Made by a program: the position numbers and the translations under genes. Shown here piece by piece: positions 25,190-37,942 of a stretch of DNA of 64,000 bases. Under the pieces are notes generated by a model. That model saw only the letters and a list, made by a program, of their open reading frames with translations. It was not told the origin of the DNA and made no database searches. The stretch lies in assembly GCA_964188305.1 (NCBI GenBank), contig OZ076895.1, one strand, 5' to 3'. The first letter of the stretch is position 1, and the number at the start of each line of letters is the position of its first letter. This DNA comes from Podarcis bocagei. Its lineage: Eukaryota.

Positions 25190-25676
25190 AAAGCTCATGA
25201 GCAGGACCTGAGTCCACTAACGTTCTTCATGGGAAGTACATGAGCAGGACACACACACAATAACCTTCTCCCACTTGCGATCACCAGCAACTGATATTCA
25301 GAAACATACTCCTTCTGAAACTGGAGATAGTATATAGCCACCATGAGCAGTAGTTATGCATTGCCCTTATGTGCCATGAATTTCTCTAACTCCCTTTTAA
25401 AGCCATTCATGTTGGTGGTCATCACCACATCTTGTGGTAGCTATTAAAAGCTGAGTGAGCCAGAGAAGCTGGTGGATGAGGCCTTTGGGGACCTGTTAGC
25501 GGCATCTAACTGGCAGGGTGACATCTGAATACCTCTAATTAGTAGAAAATGGGAATCAGAAGTGGCTGTTGTGCTTTTGTCCTGTTTGTGGACTTCCCAG
25601 AGGCATGTGGTTGGCCACTGTGAGAACAAGGTGCTAGACGAGATCTGATCCAGCAGGGCTCTCCTTATGTTCTTAC
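25190..25676. mobile_element. Two oppositely oriented CR1-type 3' fragments
   Basis: 25190-25440 matches 18100-18200 and 61290-61420; 25560-25676 ends ctgatccagcagggctctccttatgttctta. Confidence 0.6.
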
Positions 25677-26632
25677 AGGTTGGAAAGCAAGAATCTTAGG
25701 AACACAATTAGCACTGTTGCCATGGATATTGATACAGTTATTCCTGTCAAGAAAGCTCAGGGAAAATTCAAAGTCAAAACAGCGAATAAATAGGAACTGC
25801 AGGAGCAAACGATAGCTTAGCCGGGAAGACACAACCTTTGCCCTTTGCTATGTTTTATGATTGAGAGGGCTATCTTTACAATCAAGAAGATGGCTGCAAA
25901 CTTAATATACAGCACAGGCACATCCATATTTCTGCCACAGAAATTAGGGAGGGGGAACTTGCAGAAAGGCAATTTGTCAACAGGTTCATAAAGGAGGAGT
26001 AAAGAATGGAGCAGATGGGGTCCAATCTTCCATTCCTCTTGCTTTCTAATGGAATTGCCAATGACTTATGATGTAGTGGCACATCAGGAGTTTAGATGGG
26101 CAAAAATTATTGGGAAGCTTTGCTCTCTGACAGAAGGGAGGATTGGCATTTAATGGCACATGAAATCCACTCCATCTGGCTTGAACAAAGCTATTATTTT
26201 CTAAAGAGTTGTACAGGCCCAGAAAGCATTTTCTTTCTCTCCCTCCCTGCTTTCCGGTTCTCAGTGGGCCCATGAATCTTTCTTTCAGACAACAGGTGTG
26301 AAGCAAGCTCACTGGGAAACAGACTAGCTCAAGCATCCTGGTGTAGATATGATTCACTGCTTCAGGAAGTTTTTCATCTGGATTTTGGAGAGGCTGCCCA
26401 AAGACTACAGGCAGATTGTCTTTTACCCTGCTAGTTATACTGAAACTGAGTTGCTTGGAGTTATGTCTGAGGCGGTGTGTAGCAAATAGGGTGGTCATGT
26501 GCCCTGATTTACAGAGGACATCCCTGTTTGAAGGAGTTCTCTATTTGAAGGGTTGTCTTATTTAAGAACCATAAGGAGGGAGAGCAGGCACCTTGAAGTT
26601 GCCTCTTCTCTCCTCTCTGTTGGTGATTCCCT

Positions 26633-26678
26633 CCTTCCTTCCTTCCTTCCTTCCTTCCTTCCTTCCTTCCTTCCTTCC
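26633..26678. repeat. (CCTT)n microsatellite
   Basis: Direct reading. Confidence 0.95.
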
Positions 26679-27179
26679 TGTGATGTGTGGATGGCCACCT
26701 TAGTATAAAAGCAAAACAAATAGCTGATCATGTGTTTAATCAAATATGTGAAACATAGACCACCAGCTTCCTTCTTCCAATGACAGGCCAGCTAACATCC
26801 AACCACTTTGTCCAGGATACCTTAGGAACATCTTTAGTTCTTATATCTTATATACCGTCTGCTTTTGAAGGTCTTCAGGGGAGTTGTTGCTATTTACTTA
26901 CTTACTTGCTTGCTTGCTTGCTTTCATATTTATATGCCATACTTCTAAGAAACATATCAAGGCAGTATCCAACATATGAGAGTAAGGTCAACAAAGGTAT
27001 TCATAAATCCCTCATTAAAACATCAACAGATACTACCACTACTAATACTACTTATCAGTGCTTCCCCCCCAGGGGACACTCAAGGGTACATAGTACCAGC
27101 ACCTCATTTTGTTGTTGTTAAAAAGTGTGACACTTACTGTAAGAACTTTAAGGTGAGTACCTGTACCTATTTTTCTACT

Positions 27180-27216
<37 letters not shown>
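27180..27216. repeat. (ACT)n microsatellite
   Basis: Direct reading. Confidence 0.95.
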
Positions 27217-27217
<1 letters not shown>

Positions 27218-27282
27218 TTTAGACTTGCTTGTTATCTTAAGGTCTTCAAGTGAGTTAAAACACATTTAAAAATACGATTTGT

Positions 27283-27450
27283 TATTGTTGTTGTTGGTGG
27301 CATCCATCTGTCTCAGGAGACAATGGAGGAGTGCACCTTTGGGAGTGAAGTCAAACCATTGGAGAGTTACAGTGCCTGCTGTGGCTGTAGAGACAGATAT
27401 GGGACAGACATATTTTGTTGCAGCTGAGACAGATGAAGGCGTCCAGTTGT
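27283..27450 (-). mobile_element. Old RTE-clade LINE 3' end
   Basis: Reverse complement similar to 15555-15670; (CAA)-like tail. Confidence 0.7.
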
Positions 27451-29283
27451 GCTATTAATTTATACTCATATAAATACATTATAACATTTTAAAAAAATCC
27501 AATCCCCATAACAGCCGCTGGAAATTCGGGCAGCACGCTAGCAAAATAAATGAATAAATAAAAATCAACATCTCAGTCTATCAAACAGATGTCAATATGG
27601 GCCAACATAAGGGGGGGATGTGCTATGGAGGAGAAGGTCCAAAGGCCCCTTCTGTGTACATCCAAAGTTAACAATAATTAAATAAATAAAACATCAGGGT
27701 TGTGCATGCCCTTCCCTGGTCATATTTGGGGCCTGATCCAAGATGGTCTAAGGACTGACCAGGAACCTAGATCTGGGTCCTGAACTGTTTCAAGGGCCTT
27801 GCACAGTATTTAAGGTTTAAAGTAACATGCAAAATTTCTGAGGGGTGGTTACAGGAGCAGGGGAGTTTTGTTAAATGAAAAAAGACAGCTTCAGGCTTGT
27901 GCTCTGATCAGCTGGTGCAAAACATCACAGGGAAGCTGGACGCAGAGCTGATTTGACAGGAGTCGATATGTGTGCATGTGGCACAGGACTTGAATGCCTA
28001 GTCTTTCCCCTGAAAACTTCAGTAGCGTAACTAGCAAAGAGCACAGCACATACAAGATCAAGATCATACATTTCTTCCACAAAGCACTGTCACTAGAAAG
28101 CCATGGTAAAGCTGGACACATAAGGAAAACCATTTTTGCAAGCACACTATGAATTTTTTTCCCTTAAAAAAACAACAATATGTGAAGTGGCCCAAAGCAC
28201 TTCAATAATTCCCACGTTGGTTCAGGGTGTTTCAGAGAGATCCTACCCCAAATCTGTCTGCAACAGCCATGCTTCAATTCTCAATTGGTGATTCACCCAA
28301 ATATTTAGCGCACCCCTAATTGTAACATCTTCCGGCACTTGTGATTATACTAGTGAGTATGGAACCTGCCAATCCTGCTATGCTTGGAGGGTGAAGGATG
28401 CCATAATGTCCTAAACAATTTGAGAAATTCTGAAGGTACTAATTTCTTTGAGAAAAAGTTATTTAAATAGATTTTGTTGGAAGCCGCCCAGAGTGGCTGT
28501 GACAACCCAGTCAGATGGGTGGCATGTAATTAATAAAATTATTATTAAATTGATTAATAAGCATGAGGAATAAACAAATAATGAATAAAATCAGTTGGGA
28601 AGAAAACAAAGCAGTCATATAACAAGGTAGGCACTTATCAATTAATTGCAAACAGTAGGGAGGCAGCAGGATGATAGACAGAGCTGGTCTCACACCAAAT
28701 GGATCAATGTAACTGTCTTTTTATTTTGTATTTATAAGGATGACACTGAAAGCTGAAAGTAATTGGCTCTCAGTTTTGGAATCTGGAGCATCTGGAGAAA
28801 GCTCAGTAACATCCAGCTAATCATATTAGCTGGATTGATTTCTGTTGTGGATATGGGACAAATAAGCAAACACTGGCATTTTCTGCTGCTCTTTTAATTT
28901 TTGTCAGAATTCTCCTATGTCCATATAAATCGTTAGTTTGTGCCTCTTGACTCAGGCATGGCATGAACTATTTCTGTCCCCGTGGAATGGAAGTGTCCCC
29001 CTACCTCTATGACAGTAGAGCTGTAGCAGGTCAGTCTACTAGACTTGGGTCTACATCACCATAAACCCACAATGCCATTTATCAATGTCCATCCACAAAG
29101 TATCAGCATAGCACAGGGATGTGGATCTGCCAGATTCTTTTGATGGCTACACTATGCACCCAAGAGCAACAAAACAGAATGATGGATCTGAAAATGAGGA
29201 AATTTGCCCATCTCTACTTTTAAGCAGAAAAGTGGAATACTGGTAGATAGTTTGCTATGTTGACAGTGTATTTTAATCTGAAC

Positions 29284-29428
29284 CAATGTTTTTTTTCTTT
29301 AAAAATATTTTTGGGTACTCTCATTTTCCTACTCACATTGAAATACTGCCCCTCAATGAGGCTAAACTAAGATTCACAAAATGTTTAGGGGTATGCGTAC
29401 CCCTGCGACCCCCCAGAAAAAAGCACTG
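29284..29428. mobile_element. hAT-type MITE
   Basis: Termini caatgttttttt / aaaaaagcactg; 8-bp TSD atctgaac / gtctgaac (7 of 8 match). Confidence 0.75.
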
Positions 29429-30812
29429 GTCTGAACCCCCTCCACAACAGTGGCTTGGGGCATTTTTATTTTAATGAAGTTCATTTACTCTCCAAATTCT
29501 GTTTCTTTTATTTTACCTTTCTTCTTCCTCTTGCATTACCAATAGCTGTTCACGTATGCTGCAGTACCAATTCCCGAATCCTTAGCATATCCTAATCCGT
29601 ACTTTGGGATAAGAAAAATAAAATAAAATCTAATTTCCATGCATAAAGGCATTTTTGCAGTGCTGCCAATAAATCCCCCACCTCCGTCTGCACTACATCT
29701 ATTGTGGATGCTGTTAATGCTCTAAAGAGAAGGAAAGACAATCATTTTCAAAGTGGATGCACATTCTGATCAATGTGACTCTTCATTTGGTTCACAAACA
29801 TGGAATTTAAATAGAGTTGCTAACATTGCTTCATTTAATAAATCCATATCTACCTTTTTGTGAGAGCTTTACAACAAATGAACACTATCCAAAGAGTTAA
29901 AAACTAAGATATAGCAACTGAAACAGCAGGAGGCTCAAGCCAGTAAAAAATCTCATTATGGAGTAGAGTGGAATAAACATGTTTTTGATGCCCACTTAAA
30001 AGAAACCAATCAAAGGGCTTTCACCCCTCCAAGCTGAGGGGATTTCATAGCTAAGAGGCCACCACCAAAAAGGCCTTTTACCTGGGATCCACCAGCCTGA
30101 TAGCTCTTAATGGTGTGCTAGAGAGCAGAGCACCAAAGGCAAAATTCAAGGCCAAGGCAGTTTCATATGAGTGAAAGCAGCCCACCAAATACCGTAACAG
30201 CATTCGTGAATTATCCTGATCCTATATATGCTTGCCTGGATGTAGTACTAGTGAGTACTAGGGATAAAAGAGAAATTATTTCAAATACAGGAGGGAATTT
30301 ATTATTGTTGTTATTTAACAAACACAGAAAAAACCTTTTGTAAACAACAGCACATCATGCCATATTTTATACCTTTAGATTTGACAGAGATGGTTAAAAA
30401 TAATTACTTGCTTCTTTAATATAGTTATATCTCACCTTTCTCCCAAAGTGGGATTCAAGGCAGCTTACAATGTTTAAAAACAAAATTATACAGTACAAGG
30501 TAATAAAATCAACCTAGCTTAAAAGCAATAATTAAAATACCATACCCTCCAACACCTGGACAGCAAAATCCAGAACATCATCTTCCAGGGTGCCATCTTC
30601 CTGTTTTTTCCTCATGACAGCACAGCGGCCATTTGGGGAGCTGTGATGTCATGCAATTTTGTTTCACAATTCTGCCCTGTCCCCCAAAAAAGTGCTTTTT
30701 CAGGCAAGGTACAACCTTGGCATTCAGCAGGGATAACAGCACAAAATCATGCAAGATCACAGCACCCCAAATTGCCGCCATTCTTTCTGGGACATTTCTG
30801 CAGTATGAAATA

Positions 30813-31054
30813 CAGTGGTACCTCGGGTTACATACGCTTCAGGTTACATACGTTTCAGGTTACAGACTCCACTAACCCAGAAATATTGCTTCAGGTTAAG
30901 AACTTTACTTCAGGATGAGAACAGAAATTGTGCTCTGGCGGCGCAGCAGCAGCAGGAGGCCCCATTAGCTAAAGTGGTGCTTCAGGTTAAGAACAGTTTC
31001 AGGTTAAGAACAGACCTCCGGAACGAATTAAGTACTTAACCCGAGGTACCACTG
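30813..31054. mobile_element. Tc1/mariner-pogo MITE (opposite orientation to the other copies)
   Basis: TIRs cagtggtacctcgggtta / taacccgaggtaccactg, TA TSD. Confidence 0.92.
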
Positions 31055-34000
31055 TACATCAAAACACATTTTAAACCAGCAATTAAATACCAGCAGTCCA
31101 GTGATCAGCATCACCTGCACCTCAATTTTCAAAGGCCTGTCTGGACAAGAAGGCATTAGCCTGCCAGAGGAAGGATATCAAACAGGGAGCCAGTCTTCTT
31201 GGAAGGGAATGTCATAATATGGGCGTATCCCTTGCTGATGTTGATGGGACCGAGAGAAGGTTAGCACCCAGGCACGTTTGCATATTAAAATATGAACTTT
31301 CAGGTAGCCTGGGCCCAAATCACATGCCCTTTATAATGTCCTTATAAAGCTTTTTGTTCACCATCCCAATGTCAATCAGAGCAAACAAGGCAGTTCCAGT
31401 GCCATTACCAGGCCTGAAGTCACATGCATTTCAAAAACAGGGGAGTGGAACCTGTGACCATCCTTACGTTGTTGGACTACAGCTCCCATCAACCCTAGTC
31501 TACATACCCAATGGTCAAGGATGAGGTAGTCCAGAATACCTGGAGGGCCCCTGATTCCCACCCTGGATGTACCGGAAGAGAGGTGCCAGCTTATGAGAAC
31601 GATTGGAGGTGGAGACCAGTGTCTCACACGCAACATCCCAACATCCTAATGTCCAGATGTTGTACATGTGACGTCAGGACATTGGAAGGAGCCAGGAGCA
31701 GAGCCAAACACGGCTCCCCTCTGTGGCAGAAGGAGGAGGAGAAGGAGCCTCTGCACTTTTCAAACATGGGGGGGGCATTCATGGGGAGGCAACCCCAAAA
31801 ACATAGGGCCCCAAAAGGGCTCAGCCCCCTGCAGTTTGTGTACCCGTAGTGGAATCTCAGAAGATCCATTGCAAATGTGCCTTCTCTCAGGAAAGGATGC
31901 CTTAATTTTCAGTTCTGCTAGTATAAGGGCTACCTGGTGTTTTTTTTAACTTACTCCTGTTCTCTTACAAAAGAATTGTGAATCCATTCCAGTTAGCGTT
32001 AGAGACAAGTCTGACTAATTATACTGATGAACTGTATTTCTAAAAAGCGGTTCTCCAATTGCCTCTCTGTCCCAGCACGCCTTTGATCTTTTGCACGGGT
32101 CACGGTTGTCTAACCTAATTAGACTGCAAGGGCTTCCCCCATCTTTAAGACTGAAACAGTTTGCAAGCAAGGCTTAACACGGTGCCCTCTCTCTCTCAGA
32201 CATCCTCCTACCACACCATTTAATTTCCTTTTAACATTCAGCCTGAAAAGGAGTTTTTTGCAGCTCAGAAATCATGCCATTCCATGAACATTGCTTTGTC
32301 TTTATTCTTTACTAAGATGCTACATTCATATTATACCACTGGCACAGTGGAACAAATGGGTGGATGAACAAATCCCATCACAGTGAATTGGATAAATGTT
32401 AGATATGGGCAACTGATCTTGAGATCATGATAGTTCACTGGTGCCTCCCTTGACTGTGTGCTGGGGCGCTGATTTTGGCTTTCTTGTCCACCTCTTCACC
32501 TTCTGTGGATCTGAACAGGAAGCAAAGGAGCTCAGCAAAATTGGAGAGGGTCAGAAATAAAAAAAGATTCAGAAGTGTCATCCTATATAACGAAGCCTTC
32601 CTTAAAGATCAAGTCTCTGCAGGTAACCATAGAAATAAGTGGCAGTCAAGACTCAGGTCCACCAACACTTGCAATCAAAGGAAAGTGATAGCCTGAGATA
32701 AGTCTTTTTGATCCACACTTGCAGCTCTGATAGAAGCCGGAAAAATCCAGGCTCTGTTACAGGATGTCTCTTCCGTTACATTTCATCTTGTTTCAGAAAA
32801 CAGCAGAAAAAGAAATGACAAAAGCAGATGGGGTTTGGATCAATGTTTCAACTTTCCAAATGCTCTTAGATTGGTGTGTTGCACACATATAAGGCTTCCA
32901 GTCTTCTTGCTAATTTTAGCCATTTCTGCTTGCCTGGAATAATCACTACACATCATTCCCCTTGCAATTTTGTTTTACATCTTCTCTCAACACCTATTTA
33001 TTTTGGCAGACTTATCCAAGATAACATGCCTTTGTAGATTTCAAATGCTAGATTTTATTTTAAAATGTTGCCCAGTCTGGGGTGCAATTGCTTTGAAAAT
33101 AGCAGTAGCAGTAATAATAATAATTATAATAATAATAATGCACATCAGGTCCTGTGATCTCTTTCTTTGAGATAAGTTATTTAGGCTTTTGAAGGCTTTG
33201 CTGCTGCTGCTTCTTTTGTGGCCTTCATTATTGCTGACTATGCTTCTGTTTGTTTATATGTTAGGATTTTGTGATTTTACTGCCATATTATCCATGATTA
33301 TGTTATGTCTTTTGTATAATGCTTTGGGGGCCTCGGGGGGAAAAAAATCAATAAATCAGTCATAAACACTTCAAATGAATGACTGAACAAACACCACCAC
33401 CATGCCTGGAAACAAAATTCAAGATGTTATACATTTTTTTTTAAAAAAAAAGAATAGTTCTTCTTTTATTTAGCTGGGAACATGCTTGTTGCATGTCCTG
33501 GCCCCTTCCATTGGGTGCTTAACAAAATGGTATTCCTGGTTGAGTCTTACACCCATCTTTGTGTGTGCTCTCTGCAGGCTTCCTGCCCAGGAGCTATATG
33601 GGTGCTGTGTTGTATGGGCTCCCTGTCATGTTCTCTGACCTCAATCCCCACTCTGGTTCAACAAGAGACTGAGAAGGATTGCCTGGGCAGCCATTGTCAC
33701 TTGCTCCGGAACTATATTATGTTCAGAGGATGTGGTTTTGCCCAGCTCATCAGACTCAGAGGGCACTTCCCCAAGGCAATCCTTGCTTCTCCTTTGCTGT
33801 AGGAGTCAGCAACCCTTTGAGAAATGGACAGCTCCTTACAGGGCTTCACAAAAACAAACAAACAAAATATACGAAGAATTGAATTCACCAAAAGTTAAGC
33901 TTTTTCAGCTATTTAATCCCTTCCATTTAATCAATGGGATTGAAAAGCAGCTTGATTGAGCCCCAATTATTCAAAACACCTTTACCTGTTACTCAAAAGA

Positions 34001-34733
34001 GATGTTTAAACTTGGTCTTTGTCCTGTTCCTTTCATGTTCCTTACATCCAGTTGTTTGTTTGTTTTTGCTACTGTGGTCAACCTTCCTGCCACAGCATGG
34101 AATATTTGTTCTTTGTCTTTCTTCTGTGTGGCCAACATGCATAGAACAATCTGGCTATGGGCAGCTGTGGAAATGACCGTTAACAGTTATTTTTATGTAT
34201 GATCTTGATGTATACCTTCTCTATTCAAAAAGCATTAGAAAGTTCAACAAGAACACTTTCAGAGTTGTTCTCTGCATGTGAAAATTGGCACAATGCAATT
34301 GTTCAACCCATGTATGCTTGATGACGCATGTGTGCAATGATCAATATAGCTGGGAGCAATGTTTGTGATTGTGGTAGCTAGGAAAAAGTTGTAGACCCAG
34401 GAAGAGCAGATTGTTGTTGGTATCTGTGATATCCAAGTTCACCTTGACCCAAGTCTGGGTAGGATTGCCCAAAGATTTTGCTTCATCTGCTTTTTTTAAA
34501 TGTGCTGATTGATTTGCACTTTTGGGACTAATACCCAGTTTGAAATACCATGCTTTCTCAGAGGTCTGAATTTTGCAATAAAGTATTCTGCCCAAAAATA
34601 ATACTGAAATGCATATAAAAACATTTCTTAATCTTTTTTAGAATTCAAAAATTTCTTTTAAAAAATAGAATTTAGAATTTAGAATTTTTAGTAGGAAATG
34701 ACTATTTTAGAATGATGTACATACAAAAATGGT

Positions 34734-35050
34734 GGGACGCGGGTGGCGCTGTGGGTAAAACCTCAGTGCCTAGGACTTGCCGATCGTATGGTCGGCGGTT
34801 CGAATCCCCGCGGCGGGGTGAGCTCCCGTCTTTTGGTCCCAGCTCCTGCCCACCTAGCAGTTCGAAAGCACCCCTAAAGAGCAAGTAGATAAATAGGTAC
34901 CGCTTTATAGCGGGAAGGTAAACGGCGTTTCCGTGTGCTGCGCTGGTGCTGGCTCGCCAGAGAAGCTACGTCACGCTGGCCTCATCCGGACAGCACTGGC
35001 TCCCGGCCTCTTAAGTGAGATGAGCGTACAACCCTAGAGTCGGACATGAC
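34734..35050 (+). mobile_element. Sauria SINE (young, CpG-rich)
   Basis: gggacgcgggtggcgctgtggg head, B-box ggttcgaatccc, agtagataaataggtacc body, Bov-B-like agagtcggacatgac end. Confidence 0.95.
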
Positions 35051-36874
35051 ATCACACAAATATATGTGCATACTATATTTATTTATAAATGGCATGAATT
35101 CTGTGAATTCTTTTTTTTTCTTTTTAATGCAGTTGATGTGGAAACGAGACAGAACAGACTTATGAATACATATGAAACTCACATGGGCCACCCATTCCTG
35201 AGCCCAGCTGTAGTCATGCTTAAGTTATTGGGGCTTATGTTCCATTTAGATCAGTTGTACACCTGATTTACATATGTCAATGGGTCTTAGGCGTGACTAA
35301 TATTCCCTCCACTGAGGTCGTTATGGGTTTTTTTGTAAGTGTGTAACCTCAGGAATGACTGGAATTTCTTGTATGGACAAAGTATTTATTACAAAATATA
35401 TACTCAACTAGGCCTTACTGAGGGTTCGATTTCTTTTTTCTTAAAAAAAAATATCCCCAGAAATAATAATTTGGGGTGATTATGGAAAAAATTGCTCCCA
35501 GTTGAGCTGAGGAGACTGGGGAAAGGTTAAGGCAAATCATTGCTAAGCTTATTCCAGATCAGATAAAGTTTAGAGTTTTGATAATAAAGTTGGCTCTGAA
35601 CATCTAGCATTTATGCTGTATTTATCAGATACGCTTTTCAATTGAATTTTAATGTCTTGTGAGGGTATCTTCACTTTCTTCAAGACTGCTTTTTATGGCT
35701 ATTTAATCTTCTCCAGGTTTCTTAATGAGCTAGCCCCGCCTTTCATGCCAAGATTTATAATTGTTTTTTAATTAAGAAGTCATCAAACAGCACTTGACAG
35801 GCCATTTTCTGCCTCAGTACAAACGTTTTCTTGATTAAATTTTAGATACAGTCAACATCCTGTAAATCAGAAAGGTTCTGTGTTCTCCTTCCCATAGTCC
35901 CTGAATACATGCGACAGGTTTATTCTCTGTCAATAATGTCTATTTATTTTCTGGTACAATACATATTAACAATGAGCTGTGGGGCTTGCATGAGCTTAGT
36001 TTACGATGCATGAGCCTAGCAAACGGGGGGAGGGGGAAAGAGAGAACTGCATCCAACACAATCATAATTGTGCTGTGGATAACTGGCAACTCACATAAGA
36101 AAAATGGGAAATGCTTATTAATGCCCAACAGACTTTGGTTGAGCAAAGACTTTTCTATATAGCTTCACATGTCAATGGGCTTGCAACAAACCTTTTAAAA
36201 AACTTCTTTTATCAGATTTTGAACAAAGCAAGAAAAACATGATGACACAAGAATCAATGAAGCACAAAGAATTGACATATATTTCCTTTATAATACAGAA
36301 AATCATTGCAAAAACCAGACTGGTATGTGGGTGTTTCTTTTCACTTGGGTATGCTTGGGGTGAAGGGGGAGGGTGGAATATGCAGGTGTCCTCTCCATAA
36401 AGTGATCTGGGTCATTGTTGGATAGAACAGAACTCCATCTCTATTTAGATAAAACAAAATGGGTCTCCAGATGCACTCAAAGTTATCCCTCCCATTTAGC
36501 TGCCCCTCTAAGTGCATCAAACTGATATGCCAATCGTTCAGATAAGGCTGCGTCCCATGTTTTAGCTCACCATCCTTTCATAGTGAATCCAGATGTCTTC
36601 CAGACACTAGCTCTTTTCAAGAGGGCTGCTTCAATGAATAAATCCAAAGATGAAAACAGTTAAGCTTGCTGGGCAGCTGTTCTGTGCAGTGGGTAGGGAC
36701 GAGCAGGTTGTGCCCTGTTGTCATGCCCTAGCTTGAGGAAGATATGGAGCCCAAGGATGGAAACTAGGGCAGGCTCATTCTCAGTGTCCCACACTGAGTT
36801 CTATGAGACGTTGTATTGAGTTCCAATTGGCAAGTAAAGCTGAGGCAATTCTATCCCATGCCAGTGTTAGGAAG

Positions 36875-37384
36875 TGTCAGACTTCAGGGAATTGACTTCC
36901 TCCTCCCTTGGCAGTAGATACACAGAACAAAGATGAAGGAGTCTTCTTACCAGTTAGAGACTTTAATGATCACAGCGAGAGAACAAAGAATCCATTCCTA
37001 GGAATGAAGGTGCTCCCAATTAAGGGTTCCACCCACTTCCTCCGTAATCACGTCACTACTGCATCTTGTAATCTAAGTTCGTAACCACTGTGCTTTCTGT
37101 GATGCCACCTTATCTGCTCTTCTTGGCCTTGGGCTGAGTGGATGAACGCTTTCCAGAGAAAGTGTCTCTTAACTCTCTCTCCCCCAGTGCTTTTCCTCCT
37201 AGCTGTTCCCCATCCAGTACTTCCCTGCTTCTCCCTTCTGAACTATGTCCTCTGCAAACCACTGTTCCAAATCTATACTGTCCTCCTGCTCCTGGGAAGA
37301 TTCAGGATTTTAATCAGGAGCAGGTGGGGGGAAGACTCCCACCATTCCTTCTCAGTGCAGCCCTCCTCAGCATGGTCCCTGACA
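36875..37384 (-). mobile_element. Solo LTR (probably Gypsy), 510 bp
   Basis: tgtcag...ctgaca termini; 5-bp flanks ggaag/gggag; ATTAAA on minus strand near 36961-36966. Confidence 0.8.
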
Positions 37385-37467
37385 GGGAGCAGGCATGGCC
37401 CCCACTCACACAAAGAATATAGAAGCTGATAAACTATTCAAAACTCAACATCTCAGAGTTATTCAAC

Positions 37468-37600
37468 TCTTCTTCTTTGGAGGTTTTTAAGCAGAGGTTG
37501 GATGGTCATTTGTTATGGATGCTTTAGCTGAGATTCCTGCATTGCAGGGGAGTTAGACTAGATGACCCAGTAGGGTCCCTTCCAACTCTACAATTCTATA
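37468..37600 (+). mobile_element. CR1 LINE 3' end
   Basis: ttggaggtttttaagcagaggttggatgg (EVFKQRLD) ...ggtcccttccaactctacaattcta. Confidence 0.85.
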
Positions 37601-37728
37601 GCTATATGAAATATTAAATCTGCCTATATCACTATTTCTCAAGGCCTACGAAGACGTTCACACAGTACAGCATTCCCTCCGGGGTATGAACTGCAGGGAT
37701 GGAGCCTACACAGATTCATTTCTAGAGA

Positions 37729-37942
37729 TCCAGTTACAGATAGGTAGCCATGTTGGTCTGCCATAGTCAAAATAAAAAATTCCTTCCAGTAGCACCTTAA
37801 AGACCAACTAAGTTAGTTCTTGGTATGAGCTTTCGTGTGCATGCACACTTCTTCAGATATATCTGAAGAAGTGTGCATGCACATGAAAGCTCATACCAAG
37901 AACTAACTTAGTTGGTCTTTAAGGTGCTACTGGAAGGAATTT
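37729..37942. mobile_element. Penelope-like element inverted terminal-repeat insertion (palindrome 37775-37944)
   Basis: 85-bp arms, no spacer, one mismatch; 14-bp TSD ttcatttctagaga at 37715-37728 and 37943-37956. Confidence 0.9.
37860..37895 (+). ncRNA. Minimal type I hammerhead ribozyme motif (Penelope-type); mirror copy at 37824-37859 on minus strand
   Basis: UAU-CUGAAGA-A-GUGUGCAUGCACAY-GAAA-GC-UC-AUA. Confidence 0.8.

Noticed and set aside
14891-31054. CRISPR-like or regularly spaced repeat array from recurring taacctgaag/cagtggtacc motifs
   Set aside because: These are TIRs and subterminal repeats of dispersed MITEs in a vertebrate genome, with no spacer periodicity
36571-36625. 55-nt minus-strand exon-like segment (cag| ... 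|gtgagc)
   Set aside because: Stops in two frames, and joining it to the 32.5-kb candidate creates a stop in the third; no other support
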